DNA of 64,000 bases, from contig NW_026782329.1 of assembly GCF_031769215.1 (NCBI RefSeq), positions 1,488,001-1,552,000 of the forward strand, read 5' to 3'. Source of the DNA: Ylistrum balloti. Taxonomy: Eukaryota. Below, in pieces: positions 1 through 14,120 of this stretch. The position numbers and the translations under genes are program-made. Numbering within the stretch: the stretch's first letter is position 1; each line of letters begins with the position of its first letter. The notes below the pieces were generated by a model, which was not told the DNA's origin, made no database searches, and saw only the letters and a program-made list of their open reading frames with translations.

Positions 1-1073
1 GGTTAATAATGAGGTTTTATTCAAGTAAGAAAATGTAACCTCTTTAACAAAACACGTGCCACAACCCGGCATCTCTAGAAAGATAACATTAAGCCGACTA
101 TACAAGTTGTCTCCCTTTAAATATAGAACTATGCAATCATCGATTGTTTCCCATTTATCAATTTCTTTATGAGCTGTAATGATATTTTTCTGCTAACACC
201 CACCTCCCCACTCTTCCCCCCTACTTCATTTTCATTTCAGTTCATTGTACAAATGCTTTGTGATACTGAATATATCTCACCTTAGCCTAATTCGCTTCTG
301 AACAGATTCGTGTAAGTATAAAAAAAATATCAACATTTTGTATGGCGATAATTCTTTAGATAAGAAATCAAATGGAATTATTTGTACACTTATTCAGAAC
401 TTTATTTCTGACATTAAAGATTTGCCTAAATACATGTCAGTATATAGGGTCTTCTGCCTAGTTGTCGACTCCTGGACATTTAGTGTTGATTTCTGACTCT
501 TCATCTGTTTTCTTCTAAAACCTTGTAAAATATGTACAGGTCATGCTAGGTCCTTACTACATATACTTGTATTATGGAGAGAATATTGATAAGTTCTGAT
601 AACTTGCGTTCGATCCATTTGAATATCATTATGCAGTAAAATTGGTTTAAATTCAAATTGTAATTACGAAATCACTTAGTTTTTTTTAGACCAGTCTTTT
701 GACTTTTCATTAGAAATATTGTTTGAGATATCAACTTGTATTTCTTAATTAGTTTTTTTTTCTACACAATAGCATAAATGCTAAGTTTGTGATTGACCCT
801 AACGTCATGACAAATATACATAATCGGGGCCCGATAATTTTTTTGATGTGGAGTTGTCTCTCTTTGACACGTATTTGAAAGCTAATTCAAAGTATGATGT
901 TGATAGTTTAAGCATTACCACTTAAAATGTATTAATAAAGAAATTAAGTCTACAATTTATTTGATACGACACATGTGAAAATATCAGACTGATTGTTATT
1001 CATATAACACAATGACCTCGAATTAGTCAGACGAGATCAGATATTACTTGAATTTTATCGACTAAGAAACTAA

Positions 1074-1217
1074 CCAATCAGTATGCTGAGATGTTGATAG
1101 GGGCGGAGCTACACAGAGTGCATTTGTTTGGTTTGAACTTTCATTTTACGAGAAAATCGTGAAGCATGTGTTGTGTGTACACGGATCTATAGCACGGTGT
1201 GTGTGTATTATATAAAG
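1074..1217 (+). promoter_or_regulatory. Candidate Pol II promoter of the Hillarin-like gene (CCAAT box, GC box, TATA box)
   Basis: CCAAT at 1074-1078, GGGGCGGAG at 1100-1108 and TATATAAAG at 1209-1217, in canonical order about 300 bp upstream of the ATG at 1524. The TSS would be near 1240 (inferred). Confidence 0.5.
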
Positions 1218-1523
1218 AACGTGTCCGACGCTTTATGGTGTGTCATTATCTACATGGAGTAATGTCTTAGAGTGTTTGTTTATCACAGGACTAGTAACTG
1301 ACCCCTGTATTTATATGTGTGTGTGTGTGCAGTATGTGATCAGTGTCGTGTGTGATTCATAGTTAATTAATAATACTAGACTTCTTGATGTTAACAGACA
1401 TGTAACGATGTCCACATACCCGTAATGTTGGAACTGTACGGATTACACACCTAATATGACAGGTACCGTACCATTAGCTTTAAGACAACACTACCCGTAA
1501 ACAGTCAGGTAAGAAAAATAGAA

Positions 1524-1850
1524 ATGGATGACAGGTGCTCGAGTGACGGGGACGACTCGGATTGTGAGGATATAAGGTCTCTCCCTAGGGATCCCTGCTA
1601 CCGGTGTGAAAAACGTGTGTATCCGGTGGAGAAGGTGGATGTAGGGGTGTTGTTCCACAGGAGGTGTTTTCGGTGTCGAGTGTGTGGATTACAGCTGACC
1701 CTAAAGACGTTCCACTGGGACCAGGAAAACACCCCTGATGTGTACTGTAATGTCCATCTTACGAGAATGGTGGGTTCCATTGACAAGGATTCAATCGGGA
1801 TTCAGTCAGCCCTTAACGCCCCTAAACGGGGCATTAACGCAAATGAACAG
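1524..1850 (+). CDS. Hil: Hillarin-like LIM-domain protein, coding exon 1 (109 codons, LIM domain)
   Basis: Translation contains C-X2-C-X16-H-X2-C-X2-C-X2-C-X20-C-X2-H, the LIM consensus, followed by GSIDKDSIGIQSALNAPKRGINANEQ, which resembles the post-LIM segment I recall for hillarins. It ends at a strong donor CAG|GTAAGT (1850/1851), phase 0. The ORF-track tail VSRITFCN is intron read-through. Confidence 0.88.
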
Positions 1851-2749
1851 GTAAGTCGCATTACCTTTTGTAATTAAAGTTTAGACCTTATCAAAGGCAA
1901 CGCTGAGTCTTCAGAGTACAACATTCTACAACAGGTACCCACACCGATATTTGTATGATAATATATACCATTATAGGGAGTTATCACTGACTAAATTACA
2001 GGTGAGACGTGTTTTATCAGGTGCAGTCGTAGCACTTAGATTGGATATCGATAACAATGCTGTTTCTATCAGTTGCTCTGGAAGTTACATTATCTATAAT
2101 AGATAAAATTAACACTTTTGTTTGTGAAATCCAGATCTGGCTTCCTTATTTACTAAAAACCGCAAAACCCTCATTTCATATAATTTTGGATCTTTACACG
2201 TGTTCTTAAGCCCCAGCACTTACACGGCACGGTGAAGAAACGATGATACTCTCTATCGCATCAACGTAATTATCATTAGTGACTATTGTCAGAAACAATT
2301 ACACTTTATATCAAATTATTGTGATAAAGTGATGAGGCCTTCCTCATCCACATCTCGTGGTTTCAACAACCAATTCCACAAGGATGGAAACTAGGTTTTG
2401 ATCGATGTCTGGTGCAGACTTCTCCCACACCAACGTTACCGAGGACATCTTGTCGGCGTCGCGGAGACCGACACCAAGATCTGTGTTAGAAGCAACTAGA
2501 ATTATTAAATTATATAATATATTGGAAAGCTGTAATGAACTTTGTATGCAAATTTGATTGAATTGGTCTGATATTTGACGTTTAGTTGTAAAACGCATAC
2601 ACCAACTTATAACATGTATTCAATGACCTTGGTAATTACAGGGCCTTTTGGTGTGGAAAGGTGAACGTGCGACGTTACCATATATGTAAATGCGTGATAT
2701 ATCCCTGTATTGTTATACACGCGCACAGCAGATGTATTGTAGATAATGG

Positions 2750-3822
2750 ATATCCAGCTGGGGTACGTATTGTACCAGTCTACTTTACAGAATGTATCAA
2801 GCTGTGGATACGTATTGTACCAGTCTAGTTTACATGGGTATCAAGCTGTGGATACGTATTGTACCGGTCTACTTTACAGAAGGTATCCAAATATGGATAC
2901 GTATTGTACCGGTCTACTTTACATAAGGTATCCAGCTATGGATACGTATTGTACCGATCAACTTTACAGAAGGTATCCAACTATGGATACGTATTGTACC
3001 GGTCTACTTTACAGAAGGTATCTAGCTGTGGATACGTATTGTACCGGTCTACTTTACAAAAGGTATCCAGCTATGGATACATATTCTATCGGTCTACTTT
3101 ACAGGGGTATCCAGCTATGGATACATATTGTACCGGTCTACTTTACAGGGGTATCCAGCTTTGGTACGTATTGTACCAGTCTACTTTACAGAAGGTATCC
3201 AGCTGTGGATACGTGTTTGTATCGGTCTACTTTACAGAAGGTATCCAGCTGTTGATACGTATTCTACCGGTCTACTTTACAGGGGTATCCATCTGTGGAT
3301 ACGTATCGTATCGGTCTACTTTACAGAAGGTATCCAGCTGTGGATACGTATTGTACCAGTCTAATTTACAGAAGGTATCCAGCTGTGGATACGTATTCTA
3401 CCGGTCTACTTTACAGGGGTATCCATCTGTGGATACGTATCGTATCGGTCTACTTTACAGAAGGTATCCAGCTGTGGATACGTATTGTACCAGTCTAATT
3501 TACAGAAGGTATCCAGCTGTGGATACGTATCGTACCGATCCACTTTATAGGGGTATCCAGCTGTGGATACGTATCGTACCGATCTACTTTACATAAGGTA
3601 TCCAGCTGTGGATACGTATTGTACCGGTCTACTTTACATAAGGTATCCAGCTGTGGATACGTATTGTACCGATCTACTTTACAGAAGGTATCCAACTATG
3701 GATACGTATTTGTGTCGGTCTACTTTACACGGGGTATCAAGCTGTGGATACGTATTTGTGTCGGTCTACTTTACACGGGGTATCAAGCTGTGGATACGTA
3801 TTTGTATCGGTCTACTTTACAG
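2750..3822 (+). repeat. About 45-bp minisatellite, about 24 copies, with an internal hairpin
   Basis: Unit gtatccagctgtggatacgtattgtaccggtctactttacagaag. GTATCCA-gctg-TGGATAC is a 7-bp inverted repeat. It explains the ORFs at 2746-3847. Confidence 0.95.
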
Positions 3823-6800
3823 TTCCAGTAGTAGTCAAGTTATATAGGTTAAGCCATCAAATATACATAGAACCATGAACGATATTGAAAAATCATTCAA
3901 ACTTAGGACAATATTACCGTAGAGCTCTGCTAGTACCGTGTGTTGTTCTACCGTCCCCATGTTAAATAGCTCGTATTGTTCTAAATCATAGCACAATCTT
4001 AAGTGGTTTGTACATATGTCGCACAACACCTACCCGAACACCTATATATGACTGATACCGTCAGTAATCGTCCGGGTTCAATTTGTCATAACCCTGTTTA
4101 CGGTCCATAGCCGGGAGCTCTTCCCTGTCATTCTTGTATCTACGGATGTAAGATTATGTATTTGTTGTTTGGAATGACGGTTAGACATTATACAAGGGTA
4201 ACGAAGCACCGTTCATTGTGATATAACTCTTTCAATGGCGACTGGTCACATCTGTTTCCGGGTACTATACCCAACCAAGCTGCACACGTCCCGAATAGCC
4301 TCACTATGTCCTTGATCTTACACAAGATAATAATTACAAAATAAACAGGACTAGAGAAAGAACAAATGTAGCTGAATGTAGATACCTGGTATATAAAACA
4401 TAGCTACATTTGTACAATACAATCTATAGAACATTATAACCGTGACAATTCCCGACGGTTCAAAATCGTTCGACAGAGAAATGAAAATGTTTCAAATGAA
4501 ACATTCATACCTTAAAGCATTACCACCGAGACTTTCTTGCTGTTAATAACAATGAGTGTTTCATACTGAGAGTATTTTACAGACCGAACTAATTTCAAAT
4601 AAACATTTCTTTTCTGACCAAATTCCAGTTTCATATCAACCCCATTTTATTATTTGTATTTGGTAATACCAGATAGTGGACTTCCTTTGTCTTGTTGATC
4701 CGTTTCTCGAGGCACCTTTTTGTTAATGCACGTGTAATGAAAACAAAGGTAATGCACGTGTATCCCTGTACGTGTCAATTCATGTGTGACGCACACATAA
4801 CTAGTTGCAGTCGGTTTCACTCCCCTCTATGTAACAGCTGTAAGAATGATTAAACACACCAAGCATAGCAAATACCAAGACCACATTCAGCTAAAACTAC
4901 GTGGTCAGGTTATTTCACCGATTTGTAAATGACAAGAATATTATTTCTATAATTTCATAAATACTGTCGTATTCTTAATAATGGCGTGGCGTGGTTGTTC
5001 TGTTTTAGGAAATGATATCATGATTTGTTCAATAGTTACACATATTAAGTGTCATGGGATGACTTTTATTGTTTATTTGGAGTACCTACCATCTGCTCTC
5101 TGACACGTGCTCGGTAAATAATACGACAATCTGGAGATAGGAAGACACACAGTCGGAATTAGGACAAAGGCTATTGTATGTTGTACAAATGTGTGCCACT
5201 TTTTAATATGATTTAGGAGAGAATTATCGATTTTTTCCGTTACAATTAGTGACAGGTATGCCGATACAGGTAGTTTAAGGTCACAACTGTCTGTCACTAG
5301 GTCGCAACCAAGGTTTCAGAAAACAATGGAACGTTGCTGAAAATGTTGATGTTATACTTCTTTTCTACGTATACACTACAATACAACATTCAAAGCTTTT
5401 TGAAAATCTCCGCTTTTTGTAATGACAGCTCTTATTCGGACTGCATACATCTCTTCACCATTATGAATTTGAATGATTTTATGTGATTCATGTGAACGTG
5501 CTGATTTAGAAGAAGAGTTATGAAAGACAAGGCCAGAAAAAGTAACGTTGAAATGGAAAATGTTTATAATGTGATGGGATGACCTTGAAAATATTCAAAT
5601 TTATTAAAAGTAAGAATAATTGTTTTTATTAAAGAGTGTGATTTCTTTCAGAGTATATGAATTTGTGATAAAACGGTAACCTTCAAGATGGAATTAAGAG
5701 ACTGGCTGAATTCTTGCCTGGTAATGTCTTCGTGTTGTTGGGTTCTCCGAATCCTGATTGGTATGCCTATGGGAGCCATGCCCCTCTCTTGGACAATAGA
5801 TACAAAACTCTTGTCAAGTTCTCCGAGTTCAGATATAGATATGTGGTCCAATGTTTAGTACAACAAGAAATACCCGCTGTATTCCATCACTCCATTGTGT
5901 CCACCGCTTACCAGACTCAAACTGTACTGGGAATGTGACCACTAAGGACCGATCACCACTATGTGACATTAGTATCACAGTTTCCCTATAATTGGTGTAT
6001 TTCACACTGTCATTTAGTTCACCAAGGGACAGTCGATTCGGTGTTGAATGTTGAAGAGTGGGGTTCAGATATTGCGATTTCTGCAACTGTTGACGTACAA
6101 ACTAAAACTTCAAAGTTTCTAAGTTATATGGAAGAGTTCTGTCACAATCGCGTCCAGATTGCAAATTTCACGATATCCTTAATGCCTGATGAATCAGCTG
6201 TAACTACGTCGATTGCAAAATGTTCAGAAATGAAAGCTTTTCTTGTAAATCTTTCATTTCTTAACATTTCGCCATTGTTTCATGGAATTTGAGAAAGGCA
6301 TATTGTTTTGGTTATATTTCAGTATCCTCTTGTCTTAAACATGGTTTCATTACGCTATTAAGCAGAGTGATATCCTTCAGTCTTACAACAGACAAATATT
6401 GTTACATTCAAAAGTTACAAAATCATAGAATCATAGAAATAGAGTTGGAGTTGTCATTAACACGAGAGTAAGCTGTATGACTGTTTCCTGTGTGTATGTA
6501 AGAGGACTACAGGTAGATACGTGCAGTGATTAACGTCCCGATCCAGAACTGAATACCCCGTTTATTGTTTTAGGTAAGCTGGATGTGTCACTATAAATAC
6601 ATTCCCCGTCACAAACATTACCAATAAAAGTGAGTAACGAACACATCTCTAAGGACTGGCCATGTGACTAAACGTAATGCCTTGATGCGCCTAACTTGTG
6701 ACCGTATATATATATATATATAGTACATTACTAATTATTTACTTTCGTGGTCGTGTGTCGGACGATGTCCCCCTCAAAGTAGCTTTAATTAGATGTTCAC

Positions 6801-8260
6801 GACAGTTTGTATGTTTACATGTTTACATAGACTAACAGTGGATGAGGTGGAGGTTATCGTCGTTAGGTTCAAAATTGTCCTGGGGAAAATACAGGTGCTC
6901 GTTGAGCTCAGACACAACCGTGATAGTGCTGAGCTAACATTTTAGGGGCCAACACGTTTCTCATGTAATATTGACGATGTGGTTTAGTCATAGGTAAAAC
7001 ACGCTTGTGCAGTAAGCATGCGTACGTATACAAAAAGGGAGTGCAAAATGCTTGAATGAATGATGTTCGGAAATCCCTCGGAATTGTGTATTTCTTCAAT
7101 GAAATTAAATAAGATTGATTCTCGAAATGCTCAGTTTTCCACATGCTGCGTTTCTTCTGTACCGATTCTGTGATAAATACACACCGCCTTGTGAGCAACT
7201 AAGGTGATATATCGATCAGCGATCAGTATTAGTCATACCTGTAGATCGATCATGTTCTCTAGTCATTACAGGTACTCTCAGGTACGCCTGCATACAGGTG
7301 TAAATCAATCAAAGGTGATGTCTGAATGGTTTTACAACAAACTGGGTCAAATAGTACCCAACTGTATGAGGACATTCTAACGATGTCACTAGTGGGGAAA
7401 CCCTTATGATGTAGGATCCGCCTAGCAGACCCGCGACACCCTTCCGTTACTGTAAACAAAGACAAATGATTTTTGATGTACTTTTATTTCCTTTATTTGT
7501 TCAAAGAATTAATCTGGGATTAGGGTTAACGTATGAGTATGGTTACGACTACTGAAATGGCGTCTGACAGCTGTCGTATGAAGTGTTTCCATGGTATGTG
7601 ATAATGACGATAAAAAGACTTGTTCTAGAGGTACAAAAGGGAAATGCTCTTTGTGATGGACCTGTTCAGCATTTACAGTTGTATATCGCTCATGTCTGTA
7701 GACAAATGTGCCCCAGATAGTCCCAGAAACCGACAATAGAATAATGGTAAGCGATCGTCTGAGATCACCTCTATAACGGGCCACACTATCTCATGACATT
7801 ACAGTGTCTAAGATAGACACTATCTATAGTTATTATGTCACAGGAAGGGTTCTCGCCTGTTATACCTGTAAACGTAAATACTAACGAGCACATTAGAGGT
7901 ATCATATACCAATCCGTCAAGGTTATCTCCCAATTGCTATCTGTAATCAAGTTTAAAATATATCGCCAGACAACGATCAACACACCAACGGAAAATTAGC
8001 CGAGGACCAAAGATTGTACGTGCTTTTCATTTTTTTTTAAATATTCCCTTCTAATAAACGAGTGAGCGTTCCTGGAAACATTTAAGACGGCTAGAAACAC
8101 GAGTCCATGCGCCCAGACATACATGATTCATATTTGATGCTAAGGCGCATATTAATACATTATATGAGCTAGGGTATGCATGGAACACATGGAAATGCAT
8201 GACATGCACAGACACAAGCGCACGACCGGCAATAAGGACAGACTCGTCACTTTATGTTCG

Positions 8261-10960
8261 CAGTGTAATATTTACATATGTACAGTTCATACAGTGTGAT
8301 ATTTACCTCTGTACAGTACATACAATGTGATATTTACCTCTGTACAGTACATACAGTGTGATATTTACCTCTGTACAGTTCATACAGTGTGATATTTACC
8401 TGTGTACAGTTCATACAATGTGATATTTACCTGTGTACAGTTCATACAATGTGATATTTACCTGTGTACAGTTCATACAATGTGATATTTACCTGTGTAC
8501 AGTTCATACAGTGTGATATTTACCTGTGTACAGTTCATACAGTGTGATATTTACCTGTGTACAGTTCATACAGTGTGATATTTACCTGTGTTACAGTTCA
8601 TACAGTGTGATATTTACCTGTGTACAGTCATACATTGTGATATTTACAGTGTACAGTTCATACAATGTGATATTTACCTGTGTACAGTTCATACAATGTG
8701 ATATTTACCTGTGTACAGTTCATACAGTGTGATATTTACCTCTGTACAGTACATACCTTGTGATATTTACCTCTGTACAGTTCATACAGTGTGAAATTTT
8801 CTCTGTACTGTACATACCTTGTGATATTTACTTCTGTACAGATCATACAGTGTGATATTTACCTCTGTACAGTACATACCTTGTGATATTTACCTGTGTA
8901 CAGGTCATACAGTGTGATATTTACATATGTACAGTTCATACAGTGTGATATTTACCTGTGTACAGTTCATACAGTGTGATATTTACCTCTGTACAGTTCA
9001 TACCATGTGATATTTACCTCTGTACAGTTCATACAGTGTGATATTTACCTCTGTACAGTTCATACCATGTGATATTTTCATCTGTACAGTACACACAGTG
9101 TGATATTTACATCTGTACAGTTCACACAGTGTGATATTTACCTGTGTACAGTTCATACAGTGTGATATTTACCTCTCTACAGTTCATACCATGTGATATT
9201 TTCATCTGTACAGTACATACAGTGTGATATTTACCTCTGTACAGTACATACCTTGTGATATTTACCTCTGTACAGATCATACAGTGTGATATTTACCTCT
9301 GTACAGTTCATACAGTGTGATATTTACCTGTGTACAGTTCATACAGTATGATATTTACCTCTGTACAGTTCATACCATGTGATATTTTCATCTGTACAGT
9401 ACATACAGTGTGATATTTACCTCTGTACAGTTCATACAGTGTAATATTTACCTCTGTACAGTTCATACAGTGTGATATTTACCTCTGTACAGTTCATACA
9501 GTGTGATATTTACCTCTGTACAGTTCATACAGTGTGATATTTACCTGTGTACAGTTCATACAGTGTGATATTTACCTCTGTACAGTTCATACAGTGTGAT
9601 ATTTACCTGTGTACAGTTCATACAGTGTGATATTTACCTGTGTACAGTTCACACAGTGTGATATTTACCTGTGTACAGTTCACACAGTGTGATATTTACC
9701 TGTGTACAGTTCACACAGTGTAATATTTACCTGTGTACAGTTCACACAGTGTGATATTTACCTGTGTACAGTTCATACAGTGTGATATTTACCTGTGTAC
9801 AGTTCATACAGTGTGATATTTACATATGTACAGTTCATACACTGTGATATTTACATATGTACAGTTCACACAGTGTGATATTTACCTGTGTACAGTTCAT
9901 ACAGTGTGATATTTACCTGTGTACAGTTCATACAGTGTGATATTTACCTGTGTATAGTTCATACAGTGTAATATTTACCTCTGTGCAGTTCATACAGTGT
10001 AATATTTACCTGTGTACATACAGTGTGATATTTACCTCTGTACAGTTCATACAGTGTGATATTTACCTGTGCACAGTTCATACACTGTGATATTTACATA
10101 TGTACAGTTCATAAAGTGTAATATTTACCTGTGTACAGTTCATACACTGTGATATTTACCTCTGTACAGTTCACACAGTGTGATATTTACCTCTGTACAG
10201 TTCATACAGTGTGATATTTACCTCTGTACAGTTCATACAGTGTGATATTTACCTCTGTACAGTTCATACAGTGTGATATTTACCTCTGTACAGTTCATAC
10301 AGTGTGATATTTACCTCTGTACAGTTCATACAGTGTGATATCTACCTCTGTACAGTTCATACAATGTGATATTTACCTGTGTACAGTTCACACAGTGTGA
10401 TATCTACCTCTGTACAGTTCACACAGTGTGATATCTACCTCTGTACAGTTCACACAGTGTGATATTTACCTCTGTACAGTTCACACAGTGTGATATTTAC
10501 CTGTGTACAGTTCATACAGTGTGATATTTACCTCTGTACAGTTCATACAGTGTGATATTTACCTCTGTACAGTTCATACAGTGTAATATTTACCTCTGTA
10601 CAGTTCATACAGTGTAATATTTACCTGTGTACAGTTCACACAGTGTGATATTTACCTCTGTACAGTTCATACAGTGTGATATTTACCTCTGTACAGTTCA
10701 TACAGTGTGATATTTACCTCTGTACAGTTCATACAGTGTGATATTTACCTCTGTACAGTTCACACAGTGTGATATTTACCTCTGTACAGTTCATACAGTG
10801 TGATATTTACCTGTGTACAGTTCACACAGTGTGATATTTACCTCTGTACAGTACATACCTTGTGATATTTACTTCTGTACAGTGTGATATTTACCTGTGT
10901 ACAGTTCATACAGTGTGATATCTACCTCTGTACAGTTCACACAGTGTGATATTTACCTCT
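8261..10960 (+). repeat. 31-bp minisatellite, about 87 copies
   Basis: Unit cagtgtgatatttacct(c/g)tgtacagttcata repeated head to tail. Confidence 0.97.
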
Positions 10961-13900
10961 TACATTTCAGGGTAATATTTTATATCATTCATACGGTGTT
11001 GATAATATATAATGTTACATACTCTCTACTATTGGTATACTTAGTAGATAGCTTGGACATCCACGGAAATGACAATGACATAAGTTTGGAATGATATTTG
11101 TAAACAAAAACGGAAATGTTGTCCGTCGCCCATCCTAATGCCGAGTACGCTGTGTTGGGTGTGGGAATCGATCAATGAACGGATGAGTTGTCTAATCGTG
11201 TTTGATTAAATATTAATTAGCAGGCTTTATCATTTTCACCTGAGCCTGCACCTGGTGACATCATTAAACATGTTAAAAAATAACTGCAGAGCCAGACCAG
11301 ACTGATCGATATAATGTATGGAAGTATGTTACAACCGCCCCGTCATCAACTGGTCGACTTCAATAAGACGGCCAAATGTTTTAATGAAAATCAGAGGAAA
11401 AGGTTTTAGATGTGGCTGTTAGAATGGTATCGGATATCCATTATGATTCGACGTTGTTCTAAAAAGATGTTGGAAATGGTGAGGTTACGCCAAATAGTCC
11501 TGTCTGCATTGTTTGCTGGTGTGAAAACCTCTATATAAAACATTTCCTTAGTTATTGCATTTCAGCAGCATATATAATTATACAGCATTTAACAGTTTAA
11601 AGCTGTAAATAGGGTTAGGAAAATATATAATATATTTAATGTATATTTACTACATATATAAGACTAGATACGTAAACTGTTACCTATATGTGACACGGTA
11701 CCTGTAGGTATGACCTTGCATACAATGACAAGAGCTGATACTGTAGTGTCAAGGGAGTACTTACACCCAACAGCCTGGGTACTTTTAACTGATGTAAAAC
11801 AAGTAGACTATGACACCATTGAATTTAAGACCTTACATAAATATATAATTAGTACGTATCCCTGTTTACTTTGATAAGTAAGCATGATCAGGAGTTCATA
11901 TAGTCTAAAGGGCCTCATTAATTTTGGCATGTCTTTTATATGGGTCATGTACTGCCTTATGTAGCGAAGAAATCAAGTAGTAAAAGTAAAAACGTTTAAG
12001 GAGGTATGCTATATAGTTTAGAGAAATCTCAATGTGCACCGAAGATGTAAAGAAATGGACCACGATGGCAAATACTTTGGATAAGCAAGCTGTTTCTGTA
12101 GACGATCAAAAGAAACTCTGAACACTTACATGTGTAACCAATTCATATGTTTTCGGTTCGATACCGGTACCGAAATGTGACCGAGATTACGTCTTTAGAT
12201 AAGTGACTTGGAACCCGAAACCTGTAGGACATGCATTTATGTGTAACATCGGTTTGCGAGTTAATGTACAAAATATAGTATGATGAGTGACAGCTGAATC
12301 ATAGCGTCACAGTTTGGGTTGATCTAGCGGCTAAAGACTTTAATAAAATGAAGAAAGATGTATGACTACAACAATATAATATCATAGTAGTCTTAACAGG
12401 GAAGCAGTATACCACGCCATGACACAATCTTACATTGCACATATACCGGCTCAGTACAATGTAAACTTTTCGATTATCTACCAAGTCATCTAGATTTTTC
12501 ATGAACAAGTGCGTTTATTTGGCGGGAGACGATGTTTTGAGGCAACAACTAGATTTTACATTACAAAACACTGTAATTAATTCCAAATGAGGAGGTCGTG
12601 AAATGGCGGTTCGTTAATTCTGTTGGGGACTACGTTTTGTTATTTGAACCACCGCGTAATTAACCTGATTTGGTAGCCATGTTGGTCTCCGGGGAAGATA
12701 TGATTATTTTCCGAGGTTTAGATGTGTATAAATCCTTGATCGATCCTTGACCCCATAGCATACAAAATATTAGGGATTTCTCACTATATCACCGAGTGAT
12801 GTTCAACAGTACAGCTTCCGAGCCCATTTTCTTTCTGACGACGGTAAATGTTGCCTTTTTCGATGTTAATTTTTTTGTGGTTTTACCGAAAGCTTTAGAT
12901 TAAAGGGATTTTCGCCAAACATTATTTGATAAAATTCCCGAAGACAAACTTTCTGTGAAAAGATAGCTTCGATATATCAATATAAGAACTCATTTATTTT
13001 AACTTATAAAAAATATTGACGACATATTAATTTATTACCGAATCCTTTCCGTGTGATTATAACGTAATAAATGTTCTTCCCAGTGTATTTATTCAGGGAA
13101 GTGATTGATGCCATGCTTTGACTTATAAACTGGATTCTGATAGCGAGAGCCATTAGTTGGAGAATATATGGGTTCCTTTATAATATCGCCTCTGTGTCGC
13201 ACTCGGCAGATCAAATTCCCTGTAGCTGTCAATCTTTCCAGTCAAATAGACAAGCGCGGCATCACAAATGGCGTCTCCATCAATACAAGTCCTCAGTTTC
13301 TGTAATGCCATACGTCGCGGGAGAGATGGTTTAGTCCGTGGCGCCGTAAGGACCTCTCGAGAATATATCTGTACCTTGTGTTAACATCGAGGATGACAAT
13401 ATTTTATTACATACCGACATATCACGACTTCCGGTCAGATGAAACTGCGACCTTGACCCTTTGTCCCTTCGACATGTGGTATGTATTCTACAGATGCAAC
13501 GTATCAGATGACAACAGCTATTAATAACGGGTGCTTAAAAACAAACACCCTGTTAATCATGAATTTTCACCGGAAGATAAATAATATCTATTCCCGTAGT
13601 TGTGATTTAATGTTTCTCAGCTTCGTAACGAAGGATGTGCGAAGACTAAGTGCCTTTAGGGATTAATAGTTAATAAGTTCTCCGAACTGTTCACACTAGA
13701 TCAATAATTCTATCTTCTTGAGGACCTTTCGGATCACGAGAATGTCCCTTAGGGTGTTAGAATATCACCCACCGGGGCCAATTAGCAACCTCAGACCTTA
13801 ACTTCAGTAGGCGTCACATATCGCGAAATTTGATTGTACGTAACTAGTTCCCGTAATACTAACGAATTCTTACATCGGTGAGGTTTACACACATTTTGGT

Positions 13901-14120
13901 CATTTACACGAATTTTTCTTTATTAGTACATTAAATTGGAAAAAGTGATGTTTACATTTTAAAAGAACATTATTTAAGGGCGAGGCTTTTCCCAATACCT
14001 TTATTCCTTCATTGCAACTCAAAGCGTGAACTGTTTTAATATATGAATTACATATAGTAACTTCTGTTTTTAGGAAGAAATCTGATGTCCATATATTATA
14101 AGGATAAGTACTTAAAGCTA

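Noticed and set aside
2290-2490. Minus-strand exon-like segment (DLGVGLRDADKMSSVTLVWEK...DVDEEGLITLSQ), faintly cadherin-like
   Set aside because: It needs a frameshift, has no matching donor or partner exons, and the motif match is too weak.
2750-3822. CRISPR-like palindromic repeat array
   Set aside because: Units are contiguous with no unique spacers, there are no cas genes and the context is eukaryotic.
2746-3847. Overlapping ORFs of 67-245 aa
   Set aside because: Translations of the 45-bp minisatellite in several frames.
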